DNA of 64,000 bases. Origin: Kiritimatiellia bacterium (lineage in GTDB: Bacteria > Verrucomicrobiota > Kiritimatiellia > RFP12 > UBA1067). The stretch lies in assembly GCA_034003585.1 (NCBI GenBank), contig JAVEYH010000004.1:16488-80487 (forward strand), in the 5' to 3' direction. Made by a program: the position numbers and the translations under genes. The notes under the pieces were generated by a model. That model was not told the DNA's origin. It saw nothing but the letters and a program-made list of their open reading frames with translations, and did no database searches. Of the stretch, positions 1 through 10,500 are shown piece after piece (the first letter of the stretch is position 1; the number at the start of each line of letters is the position of its first letter).

Positions 1-462
1 GTGCCGGCGGGCGAGGTTCAGATAGTGTTTGGCGCGTGCGGAGGGTTCGAGACGCAGGGAGGTCTCCAGAAACCGGACGGCCTGAGCGTATTCCCGCAGT
101 TCGTAGTGGCAGACGCCCAGTTCGCGGTTGGGGAAATACCCCTCAACGAAATGCAAACCGTAGGTGCGGGCGCGCCACATGTCGCGGGGGTTCGCGAACT
201 TGGCACCGCGGATCAGGCCCAGGCAGCGTTGGAAATCCGCCTGCGCCTCGGCCGTCCGCCCCTGCTTCAGCAGCGCCGCGCCGCGCGCGTAGTAGTTCCA
301 CCAGTTGTGCCGGTACAGCGTTCCGGTCCCATCCGCGGGCTCAGGTGAGCGGCAGCCGGCAAAAGCCGCCAGCAACAGGATCGCGGCGGCCGCTTGGCTC
401 CGGGAGGCTGCGCGGCGGATGCGTTCCGCTCCGGAAAACCCTCTGCCACGGGCATCCATCAT
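1..462 (-). CDS. TPR-repeat lipoprotein (3' end runs off the window start); last gene of the sigma/anti-sigma operon
   Basis: Manual minus-strand translation, frame with codons ending at 300, 297 and so on. Start MMDARGRGFSGAERIRRAASRSQAAAAILLLAAFAGCRSPEPADG has a lipobox LAAFAGC. It is followed by TPR-like helices (WNYYARGAALLKQGRTAEAQADFQRCL...HYLNLARR). The frame is open to position 1. This gene is absent from the ORF track. Confidence 0.55.
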   Translation of the reverse strand, partial: MMDARGRGFSGAERIRRAASRSQAAAAILLLAAFAGCRSPEPADGTGTLYRHNWWNYYARGAALLKQGRTAEAQADFQRCLGLIRGAKFANPRDMWRARTYGLHFVEGYFPNRELGVCHYELREYAQAVRFLETSLRLEPSARAKHYLNLARRH

Positions 463-476
463 GGGTCACCTCTGCG

Positions 477-1253
477 TTATGCGCCTCCGGCATCCCCTTT
501 GCGCACCAGATCCTGGATCATGTTTTCGGCGGAGGAGCCGGCTTGACGGAGAAAGGCGTCCACGCCGGAGTACTGGCCGGTCCAATCGCCCACCGTACGC
601 GGGCCCGCTTTCGCATGCACGGTCACGGAAAGGGCGCCGCCGCGCAATTCCCGCACGCGCATCGAGAACTCCAGTCCCGCGGGCAGGACATCCGAACGCT
701 GCGCGAGCGCCGTGCGCAGGGCGGCGTTCAGCGCGATCTGGCACCGTTTGACCTCATAGCGGGTGAGGGCCTTGACCCCCGGTTCCCGCTGCTCCGTCCC
801 CCGCAGCACCAGAGGCTCGAACGACGGCCGCGTCCACACGGGCGTGTCCGAATAGCGGAAAGCGGGCAGCAGCAGCACATAGAGGGCCGCGGCCAGACTC
901 CCGACCCCTGCGGCAGCGCGGATCGAAAAGGTCATCCACCCGGTCACACCCCTGCGCCGTGCCGCGCGCGGCGCTTCCGCCTCCCAGGAGCGGACAGCCG
1001 CCGTGACGAGCCGATCCCCCTCCTCCTCTGCCGGAGCCGTCTGACGCAGGGCGACCCGCAGTACCCGTTCCATCCGGCGCGACTCCGCGAGCCGTTTCCG
1101 CAGCTCCGGATCCGCGGCCGCCTCGCGCTCGAACGCCCGCCGCGGCCCGCGTTTCAGTTCCCCGTGCAGAAAGGCCCACAGCCTCTCTTCCCGCGCGGTT
1201 GTGTCTTCCGTATTCACCTTGTGCCCCCCTCTTCCGGCGCCGGCCTGTTCCAC
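477..1253 (-). CDS. Anti-sigma factor, single-pass membrane protein
   Basis: GTG start (revcomp of cac at 1251-1253) with an in-frame stop immediately upstream. N-terminal LWAFLHGEL...FERE...DPELRKRL resembles the anti-sigma N-domain. It has one TM segment (LAAALYVLLLPAF) and a periplasmic C-domain. It lies directly downstream of the ECF sigma gene on the same strand. Confidence 0.55.
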   Translation of the reverse strand: MEQAGAGRGGHKVNTEDTTAREERLWAFLHGELKRGPRRAFEREAAADPELRKRLAESRRMERVLRVALRQTAPAEEEGDRLVTAAVRSWEAEAPRAARRRGVTGWMTFSIRAAAGVGSLAAALYVLLLPAFRYSDTPVWTRPSFEPLVLRGTEQREPGVKALTRYEVKRCQIALNAALRTALAQRSDVLPAGLEFSMRVRELRGGALSVTVHAKAGPRTVGDWTGQYSGVDAFLRQAGSSAENMIQDLVRKGDAGGA

Positions 1254-1362
1254 CGCCTATCCGTACTGTCGCACGACCCCGGCCAAATCTTCCCGAAAAA
1301 AAAGTCCGCGTCCTTCCCCGGAAGAGTCGGAGGAAGGCGCGGCGTCCGGTGCGGGTCTGCCG

Positions 1363-1968
1363 TCACGGCTGCGGCGGGTCATCCGACGCGCTCAGCCGGG
1401 CGCGGAGTTTCTCGAGTCCGCGCGAGAGCCTGCTGCCGACCGTATTGATTGGGATCCGGTGTTTTTCGGAGAGGTCGCGATAAGAAAGCCCTTCGGCATA
1501 AAACTCCCGGATCAGACCGCGGCTGGGGGCATCCAGTTCCGCCAGCGCGCGCCGCACCGCCGCGGCGCGCTCCCCGCGCACCAGTTCGGCAACCGGGTCG
1601 AAGGCCGGTCCCGCGGTTGGCTCGCGCTCTTGCCATTCGCCGTCCTCGTCCCACTCTCCCAGCGGCAGCCACCGGCGTTCCTCCCGGATCCGCCTGCGGA
1701 GCCGGTCAATGCAGTGGTGGAAACAGATCCGCTTCACGAAAGCAGGCAGGGCGCGCTCGTCTTTCAGACGGTCCACCGACCGCGTGATGGCGAGTCGGAT
1801 GCCTTGCGCGACATCCTGGCGGGTGTGGAAATCGAAATGCCATTTCGGCCAGGATACGATGGATACGATCACCGGGTCATAGGCCTCAAAAAAACGTTCC
1901 CACGCCGCGGCGTCATTCCGCAGTAGGGCTTCGGTCAGGGTATTATCCGAAACAAGGTCCGCTTGCAC
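1363..1968 (-). CDS. ECF (sigma-70 family, group IV) RNA polymerase sigma factor
   Basis: Sigma-70 region 2 (ERFFEAYDPVIVSIV...) and region 4 HTH (LSYRDLSEKHRIPINTVGSRLSRGLEKLRARL). The track ORF starts at TTG 2136. Region 2 begins about 10 aa after a GTG at 1968 (VQADLVSDNTLTEALL), which is proposed as the start. The start is uncertain. Confidence 0.75.
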   Translation of the reverse strand: MQADLVSDNTLTEALLRNDAAAWERFFEAYDPVIVSIVSWPKWHFDFHTRQDVAQGIRLAITRSVDRLKDERALPAFVKRICFHHCIDRLRRRIREERRWLPLGEWDEDGEWQEREPTAGPAFDPVAELVRGERAAAVRRALAELDAPSRGLIREFYAEGLSYRDLSEKHRIPINTVGSRLSRGLEKLRARLSASDDPPQP

Positions 1969-2125
1969 ACAGAAAACTCCTTGAAGAACATTGACAACAT
2001 ACCGGTTTTTATGGGAAGAAGGAAGTCCTTTCAAACGACAGTACGCAATGTCGGGGAACCGGGTTTCCCGGCCCGCCGGGAACGGCGGGGCCGTCACGGC
2101 CGGAAACGGCCGGAGGGAACGCGCG

Positions 2126-3916
2126 ATGTGTCGCAATCAGACAATAACCGGACAGGCGGGAACGGCACGGATCGCGGACCGCAAACGCCGCGCGTTTGCG
2201 GCGGCGGCGCTCCTGCTCATCGCGCGGACCGCCCGGCCGGAAAGCTTCACGATCCAGACCCCGGCCGGCCCCATCCCGATCCCCCTCACGCATGTCGGCC
2301 CCGGCGGCACGGCCCTGCGTCCCGCGGCCCCGTCCGTGCCGGCGTTCACCGCGCCGACCATCTTCTCCGCGCCGCTGCCCAGCGGTTCGGGCGCGCGGGC
2401 CCTCGGTCTGGCCGGCGCCTTCACCGCGGTGGCGGACGACGCCACGGCCGCCTCGTGGAACCCCGCCGGACTCACCCAGCTCGAACGACCCGAGTTCTCG
2501 CTCGTCTACCGGCTGGACCGGGAGCACAACCGCCACTGGTCCGGCGATGACGGCTACCGTGTGGGGGACGACGATTTCTACGGCAACGCGCTCAACTACC
2601 TGAGCGCGGTGATACCCTTCCGGATGTTCGAGCGGAACGCGGTCTTCTCCCTCAACCTCCAGGAAGTTTTCGATTTCACCCAGCGGTTCCATGCCGATTT
2701 CTCGCGGCGCTCCTCCAGCGCGGAACGCCGCACGGACAGCGGCTCTTCCAGCGAGACGCTCCACTACCCGTATGATTTCACGGACGAAAACGGGTACGGG
2801 TATCGCCTTGACATCACCGAGTACCTCACGACCCACCGCTTCGCCACGCTCTACCAGCAACTGGCCTCCGGCACGCTGGGACGTCTGCATTTTGACCAGG
2901 AGGGGAGCGTGCAGGCGTTCAGCCCGGCCCTGGCGGTCGAGATCACCCCGCGCTTTTCCCTCGGCATCGCCGTGAACGTCTATCAGGACGCCCTGCTGGG
3001 CGCGGACAAGATCCGCTCGCACACGCGCGCCCGGTATTCGGGCCAGTTGGACAGCCGCGCGCAGATCACGGAGACCCAAACCACCTCGGGCCAATGGGAA
3101 TATTCGGGCGAATACACCAGTCCCAGCCTGTCGATCCCTCTGGACCCGGAGTCCGGCGAGGTACCGCCCTATTCGACCACGGAGACCACGGATGAGCTGA
3201 CCCAACTGCAGTATGAGGGGTATTACGATGTGGCGGACCGCATCGATGATTTCCGCGGCATCAACGCCACCCTCGGCGCGATGTGGCACGCCACCGAGAA
3301 GCTGACCTTCGGCTTCTGCCTCGACCTGCCCTGGACCGCGCGCGCGCGCCAAACCAAAACCGTGCGCGCCGGCGTCCGGGTGCCGGGCCACCCGGAAGCC
3401 GACACCGAGACGTTTTCGCGCATCGCCAAGGATGTCGCGTTCGACTTTCCGCTCTACTGGGCGCTGGGCGCGGCCTGGCACTGGAACAACCGGCTCACGA
3501 CCTCGCTGGACCTCAGCCAGACCCAGTGGTCCCGTTACGCGTTCAAGGCCGACGGCGAACCCCGCACCAACCCGCTGGACGGCTCGCGCCACGGGGACCA
3601 CCCGATCGACGACTGCTGGGCGGTCCACACCGGCACGGAGTATCTTTGGGTGCTCGCCCGCACGGAGATCCCGTTCCGCGCCGGCGTTTTCTGGGAGCAG
3701 CGCCCGGCGATCGGTTCTCCTGACGAGTACTGGGGCTTCAGCCTCGGCTCCGGGTTCTCGATCGGCAAAGGCGAAAACAAGGTGATCTTCGACGTGGCGT
3801 ATCTTTTCTCCTGGGGGAACGACGTGATGGGAACGCTGGTTCCCGGACAGAAGGACACCCTGGGCACGGATGTGCAGCGGCATGAGGTTTTTCTCTCGTG
3901 TATCTACCACTTTTAG
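2126..3916 (+). CDS. FadL/TodX-family outer-membrane beta-barrel channel (hydrophobic-compound transporter family)
   Basis: NPAG motif near the N-terminus (ASWNPAGL) and long beta-rich sequence. C-terminal aromatic residue (…SCIYHF) is typical of OMP barrels. Signal-like N-terminus after ATG 2126 (MCRNQ…RRAFAAAALLLIARTA). Divergent from the ECF sigma gene. Confidence 0.65.
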   Translation: MCRNQTITGQAGTARIADRKRRAFAAAALLLIARTARPESFTIQTPAGPIPIPLTHVGPGGTALRPAAPSVPAFTAPTIFSAPLPSGSGARALGLAGAFTAVADDATAASWNPAGLTQLERPEFSLVYRLDREHNRHWSGDDGYRVGDDDFYGNALNYLSAVIPFRMFERNAVFSLNLQEVFDFTQRFHADFSRRSSSAERRTDSGSSSETLHYPYDFTDENGYGYRLDITEYLTTHRFATLYQQLASGTLGRLHFDQEGSVQAFSPALAVEITPRFSLGIAVNVYQDALLGADKIRSHTRARYSGQLDSRAQITETQTTSGQWEYSGEYTSPSLSIPLDPESGEVPPYSTTETTDELTQLQYEGYYDVADRIDDFRGINATLGAMWHATEKLTFGFCLDLPWTARARQTKTVRAGVRVPGHPEADTETFSRIAKDVAFDFPLYWALGAAWHWNNRLTTSLDLSQTQWSRYAFKADGEPRTNPLDGSRHGDHPIDDCWAVHTGTEYLWVLARTEIPFRAGVFWEQRPAIGSPDEYWGFSLGSGFSIGKGENKVIFDVAYLFSWGNDVMGTLVPGQKDTLGTDVQRHEVFLSCIYHF

Positions 3917-3927
3917 CGGAGTCGCGC

Positions 3928-4524
3928 ATGATGAGACGTCCGGTACAGAGTCGGATCCGGCTGGCCCTCGCCGGGTGCCTGGCGGCGACCGCGTTCGCGG
4001 CGTCCGCGCAGAACGGTGTCCGCGAAAACGGCGAGACGCCGGAGGCGCTCGCGCGCCGCGCCGCCGCCGCGGAGCGGGCCTGCCGGACCAATGAGGCGAT
4101 CTCCCTGTATGAGCGGCTGATCGGACGCGACGCCTCCCGCGAGCCGCTGGCCGTGGCGCGGCTGGCCGAACTCCACGCCGGCCGCGGGGACGCGCGCGAG
4201 GCCCTCGCCTGGGCCGCGCGCGCTGCGGCGCGCCACCCCGCTCCCCAGGCGTATCAGGCGGGCGTGCTGACGCGCCTCGGCCAACTCAGCGAGGCCGACC
4301 TGCTGCTGCGCGAGGCCCTCGCCCGCGAAACCGAACCCCGCCGCCGCGTGCCGCTGCTCTGGCAGCAGGCCGAGGTCCAGGAGCGTCTCGGCCAAACGGC
4401 GGCGGCCCTGTCCACCCTGCGCGCGGCGCGCGGCCTTGTCGAGGACCCCGCGACGCGGGGCGTGACCGACCGACGCCTCGCTGAGCTGGAACGCCGCGCC
4501 GCCGCGCCGGAGAAAAGCCCATGA
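3928..4524 (+). CDS. Secreted TPR-like helical-repeat protein
   Basis: ATG ATG at 3928/3931. Signal peptide MMRRPVQSRIRLALAGCLAATAFAASAQ. Ala/Leu/Arg-rich helical repeats. Its stop overlaps the start of the giant gene (ATGA at 4521-4524). Confidence 0.5.
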   Translation: MMRRPVQSRIRLALAGCLAATAFAASAQNGVRENGETPEALARRAAAAERACRTNEAISLYERLIGRDASREPLAVARLAELHAGRGDAREALAWAARAAARHPAPQAYQAGVLTRLGQLSEADLLLREALARETEPRRRVPLLWQQAEVQERLGQTAAALSTLRAARGLVEDPATRGVTDRRLAELERRAAAPEKSP

Positions 4525-7500
4525 AAACCCACGTCCCCTACACCTTGCCGCAATGCGCCGCCCGAATCTTCGGGATGCTCCGGCTGGCAGCCTGCCTCGC
4601 CGCGGCACCGCGGGCCGGGGCGGTCGATTATTTCGTGAACGATGACCTGATGCCGGACGACCAGTTCTGCACGGCACCGGGCAACGACGGCAACGACGGC
4701 CTGAGCGCCGCCGCGCCGCTGCGCTCCCCCGCCGCGCTGCTGAGCCGCTACACGCCTGTTGTCGGCGACACGCTTTACATCGACTCCGGAACCTATGCGC
4801 TAACCCAGGATCTGGAGCTGCCGAGCACGGGCCCCGGCGACCCCGGCTCCGGTCCCTGGCTCCGCGTGATCGGCACAGGCCAAACGGTCCTGGATCGGCT
4901 GAACCCCGGCGCGGAGAGCTGCTGCGTGCGCGTCCGCCAGGATTGCACCCGCATCGAAGGGCTGATCTGCCGCAAGGCGGGCACCGGCATCCGCATCCAT
5001 CCGGAGACGTGCCGCAACGCCGTTCTGGAACAAAACACCCTGACCGCCAACACGGTTGCGGGCGTGGCGATCGGAGCCGACCCCGGCAGCGAGGGGCATG
5101 ACACGTACACGCTCCGCAACAACCTCTGCCACAACAACCCGACCGGCATCGATGTGCAGGGAGGCGACGGGTTCCATCTGGCCTACGCCACCCTCGAGAA
5201 CAACACGATCGTGGTGTACAACGGCAACGGCGTGGTTTGCGGCGGACGCGCCGGAGGCATGACGCTGCGCAACAACATCATCTCGGTCAAGGGCGACGGC
5301 GCCTGCCTCGCCATCACGCAGGCCGGCGCCATCGGCTCCTCGGATTTCAATAATCTCCACGCATATGGCGAAGGCCGCATCGCGCAGCAACTTGAAGAAA
5401 ACACGCTCCACCTCTTTTCCACGCTCTCCGCCTGGCGCGCCGCGAGCGGTTTCGATTACGCGAGCCTGAACCGCGATCCGCTTTTCGTGCAGCCGGAAAC
5501 CGGAAACTTCCACTTGAGCAGCCGCGAGGGCTCCTGGCGGAAAACAGGCTGGGCCGCGGATCCGGTGACCAGCCCCTGCCTCGACGCGGGCGACCCCTCT
5601 TCGCCGATCGGCGGCGAGCCGGCGCCCAACGGCAACCGCGTCAACCTCGGTGCGTTCGGCGGCACCCCGGAAGCCTCGCTGAGCGAACCCGGCCGGACGC
5701 TCACCCTGCTCGCCCCGCTCGGGGGAGAGTCCTGGAGCGGCGACGGGGTCACGGTGGCGTGGAACGGCACCGGCGCCGGTTGGAGCGCGGAAGATACGGT
5801 ACGCCTCGAGTGGGCCGTTGCCGGCACCGGTTCCTATACCTTCTGGGAGACGCTGCCGGACGCCTCGGCCCTCGCCCCGCAGGGCCGTTACGTCTGGCAT
5901 CCGCCCGCCAACGGCACCGCCAGTTACCTGCTGCGCGTGGTCTGCAATGCGGACGCGGCCGTGTCCGCGATGACCGCGCAGGCGGGCACGGTGGTGCGTC
6001 AGCCCCGCACCTATTACGTCAACGATGCGTCGGTGGAGGGCGACCTCTTCTGCGCCGGGCCGGGCAACGACGGCAACACCGGGCAGTCGACGAACAGCCC
6101 GCTCCCGTCGCTCCAAAAACTGTTGGCGCAGTATACGCTTCAACCCGGCGACACCGTATACGCCGACACCGGGCTGTATAATCTGGACAGCAACGTCGTC
6201 ATCGACGCCCAACACAGCGGTTCGGCGGAACTGCCCGTCACCCTGATCGGCGCGCGCGGCGGCACGCGCCTGATCCGTTCCGCGAACGGCTCGGACCGCT
6301 GTTGCCTCGACGTCAAGGCCGACCACCTCCGCATCGGGGGGTTCGCCTGCGAATCCGCCGAGATCGGCATCCGGATCCAGGCCGACGCGGCGCGGCACGT
6401 CCGTTTGACGGCGAACCGCTGCCGCAGCAACAGCGTCTGCGGCATCCAGATCACACCGATGGCAGGCGGCTACGGCGAGATGTTTCAACTGCTGCAGAAT
6501 GTGGTGACGGATAACGGCGCGGGGTTGTATCTGCAGGGTGACGCCGACGTGTGGGGAGGGCGCGCGCAGTTTTTGATTGAGAACAACACCATCCGCAACA
6601 CGGGGCACGCCGTGTACCTGCTGAACGGCAACCGGGTCGCGCGCCGCATCAATGTGCTGAAGAACAACATCCTCGTCGCCACCGGCGGAGAGAGCGCCTG
6701 CATCGCGGCCTTGATCAAATCGGTGCACTATTCCGATTACAACGTGCTGCGGGCCCCCAACGGCTCGGTCGGACACTTGTTCTACGATCCCGCTGACCCC
6801 GACCCAACCCCCCTGACCGATCTTTCGCTTTGGCGCACCGCCACGGGCGGACAGGATTCGCACAGCCTCTCCGCCGACCCGCTTTTCGTTTCCCCCGCGC
6901 AGGACGATTTCCGGCTGCGTTCCGACTCCCCCTGCGCGGATGCCGGGGTGATCAGTTTCTGGATGGCGGGCTTGACGGACCCCGACGGGCAGCCGCGCGT
7001 TGCGGGCGTCACAGTTGATATCGGCGCGTACGAACTGAATGTCCGGGTCTCGCTGCGCCTGCTGCTGCAAGGCCCGTTCCAAGGATACGGCCCCACGTAT
7101 CTCATGAGCCCCGCGCTCTCCGAAAGCGGCGTTCTGCCGCTGACCTCGCCCTACGCCGATGACCCGCGCCGCGTCACGCAAATTCCCCAGGGAGTCACCG
7201 ATTGGGTCCTGCTCCAGTTCCGCCGCGCACCCGCCGCACCGTCCCTCCTCACAACCAGCGCGTTCCTGCGGCAGGACGGGTGGGTCGTGGGCGAGGATGG
7301 CTCGACCAACCTCGTTCTCAATCTTCCCCGAACCAACACCTATCATGTGGTCGTCAAACACCGCAACCACCTCGCTGCCATGTCGGCCCAAGCCGTCGGC
7401 TTCTCCGACCAAGCATTGGGTTATGACTTCACGACAGGGCCGGGGAAATACTTCGGCGGCGAAAGCGCCTGCGCCGAGGTTTCGGGGTACGCGGGAACTT

Positions 7501-10500
7501 TCTTCGCCCTCCGCGCGGGTGACGTGGACGGCGACGGCAGGGTCGGTGCCGCGGACGAGGCGGTCTGCCTCAGCATGACCGAGGCCACCGCCTCCGCATA
7601 CCGCCGTTCCGATGTGACGCTGGACGGGAGCGTCACCTTCCAGGATGATTGGACCCCCGTCGCCGCCGCCGCGGTTTCAAACTCCGTTTCGCCGGTGCCC
7701 AACCCCGGCACGGCACTGACCGGCGCCCTCTGGGTCAAACCCTCCCGCGCGACCCTCGCCCCCGGAGGTTCGCTCGCCCTCACCTGTCCCGCATATGCCG
7801 TCTCCAACACTTCCGCCGCTGCCGCCGTGCGCGCCGTGACGTTCAATGCGAGCAATGACACCCTTGTCGCCTGGCAGTTCGCGCAGACCAACGGCAATTC
7901 GACCCTGACGGCGTCCGGCGCCGCCGCGGCGCTCTACACCGCCGGCACCGTCACCGGCGTCACCGACGTGGTGACCGCCTGGGACAGCGCGGAGCGGATC
8001 GGCCGCGCCTTCCTGAACGTGGTCGGCACGCAAACCGTGGCCGCCGCGGGGCAGGCGCTGATTCTCGCGGGCCGGACCTCGGAGAGCGACCCCCTCTGGC
8101 CCGCCACCGAGTATCTGGCGGACACCGCCTACACCACGCTGCGTTACCGGGGGTTCTCCAAAGAGACGATCCATTATTTCAGCCCCGAACCGCTTCAGGA
8201 CGTTGACGGCAACGGCGAATGGGATGACATCGACGGCGCCGCCACCCTGGCCGCCGCGGCCCACGCCTTCACCAACACGGTCACCGGCGCCAACCGCCTG
8301 CTCGTCTATCTGGTCGACCACGGCGGGTTCTCCTCCGGCGAGGGTTATTTCCGGCTCAGCAACACCAACACCCTCAGCGCGACCCAGCTCGACGCCTGGC
8401 TGGACGCGCTGCAGGACCGCGACCAGACGCCGGTCACCGTGCTGCTCGACTTCTGTTATGCCGGGAGTTTCCTTCCCGCGCTCACCTACACCGGCACCGC
8501 CGAGCGGATCGTGATCGCGGCCTGCGGCGCTGCGCAGCCCAGTTATTTCGTGTCCGGCGGACTGGTCAGCTATTCGGCCGCCTTTTTCACGGGCGTGATG
8601 CTGGGGTACGATGTGCTGGCCTGCCACGAGATGGCCCAAAACGCCATGGGCACCTATCAGACCGCGATGCTGGACGACGATCACGACGGTGCCGACACCG
8701 AAGGGGACGGGGACGTCGCGCACGTCACGGTCATCGGCCCCACGGGTGTCGCGGCGGGCGACATGCCGCAAATCGGTGAAGCCTGCGGCAACCAGGTGCT
8801 CGCGGACGGCACCTCCGCCACCCTCTGGATCGGCAGCGTCACGGGCCCGCATCCGATCGCCGAGGCCTGGTGCCACATCGTGCCGCCGGGGTATGACCCC
8901 GATCCGGACCAGCCGGTCACGGCCCTGCCGCGGTGCGGCCTCACTTACGATACCGCGAGCGGACACTACACCGTGACCTACGACGGCTTCACCGCCGCAG
9001 GCACGTATCCCATAACCTTTTATGTGCGCGACATCGAAGACAACGTTTCCCCGCCGCGCACCGTGTACATCTCGCAAGTCGGGTTCGACGACCGCGCCAT
9101 CCTGGTCGCGGGGTGCGCCACCAACAGCGCCGACTGGCCCGCGGTGCGTTACCTGACCCAGCTCGCGTACGACACCCTGCGCCTGCGCCTGTTCACCCCC
9201 GACCGGATCCGCGTGCTCGCGCCCGTGGCGGAGTGGGATCTGGACGGCGACGGCACGAACGACGTCGCGGGACTGGCCGGCACCGGCACGTTCCATCAGG
9301 CCATCACCGAGTGGGCCGGGACCCAACCGACGGACCGGCTGACTTTCCTGCTGCTCGGCCAGGGCGTGAGCAACGCGCTGTGCCTCACCGCGGAAGAACG
9401 CCTTTCCGCCAACGCGCTCGCCGACCGGCTCCACGCGTACCAGAGCACCAACCCGATTCCCGTCAACCTGATCCTGGACTTCTCGGGCGCCGGCGCCTTC
9501 ATCCCCGCACTCGCCGACCCCGAACTCGCCGCCAACGCCCCGGAGGCGACCCGCATCGTGATGGCCAGCGCGCATCCGGGACGCGCGGCGCTCTTCGCCA
9601 ACAACGGCACGGTCAGCTTCTCGCAATACCTGCTCTCCGGCGTCATCGCGGGCAAAACGCTCGGCGACGCCTACACCGACGCGCGCCGCGCGATCCGCCG
9701 CATTTCCGGCAACACGCGGCAGCGCGCCCAGATTGACGACAACCTGAACGGCGAGCCCAGCGAGAAAGACACCGACGGCGCGCTGGCCGACGAGACCTAT
9801 CTCGGTTTCGCCTTCGTGACCGGCGCCGACGCGCCGGTCATCGGCTCCGTCACGCCGCGCCTCGTCTGCCCCGGCGGCCCCGTAACCCTCTGGGCCGCGG
9901 GAATCGCGGGCATGCACCCGATCTCCAACGTCTGGTGCGTGATCACCCCGCCCGGCCAGACCGGCACCGGCGACCTGCCCAGCGTCAGCCTGACATGGAA
10001 CGCGCTGTCCGAACGGTACGAGGCGGAGTGGGACGGCATGACGCAACCCGGACTCTACACGCTGACCTTCCTCGCCGCGGACACGGCGGGCCAGGTCTCC
10101 GATCCGGTCCAGTCGGAAGGGATTCTCGCCGACGCCTATGAGCCGGACGACCGGGCGGATCAGGCGGCGCTGTATGACGGAGACCCGCAGATCCGGACTC
10201 TTCATGCCACGGAGGACGAAGACTGGGTCCGCGTGTTTCTGCTCCAGGACTGGATTTACGACATCGAGACCTACCATTTCAGCGAACCGTTCGACACCAT
10301 GCTCGAACTCTACCGGGAAATGCCGGCCGGCTCCCTGGAACGCATCAATCAGGCTGACGAAGAGGGCTCGGACTCGGGCGAGTTTCTGGGAATCGATTAT
10401 CCCGAGACCGGCTGGTATTGGGTGCGGGTCCTGCCTTTCCGTGAGGGCACCAACACCCTCGGCGGATACGAACTGAGCATCGACGTGCCCGCCGCGGACG

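Noticed and set aside
2009-3910. 633-aa minus-strand ORF antisense to the FadL-like gene, and 470-aa + ORF 36..1448 antisense to the anti-sigma/TPR genes
   Set aside because: Arg/Gly-rich low-complexity translations with no motifs. The opposite strands carry recognisable sigma-70, anti-sigma and FadL signatures.
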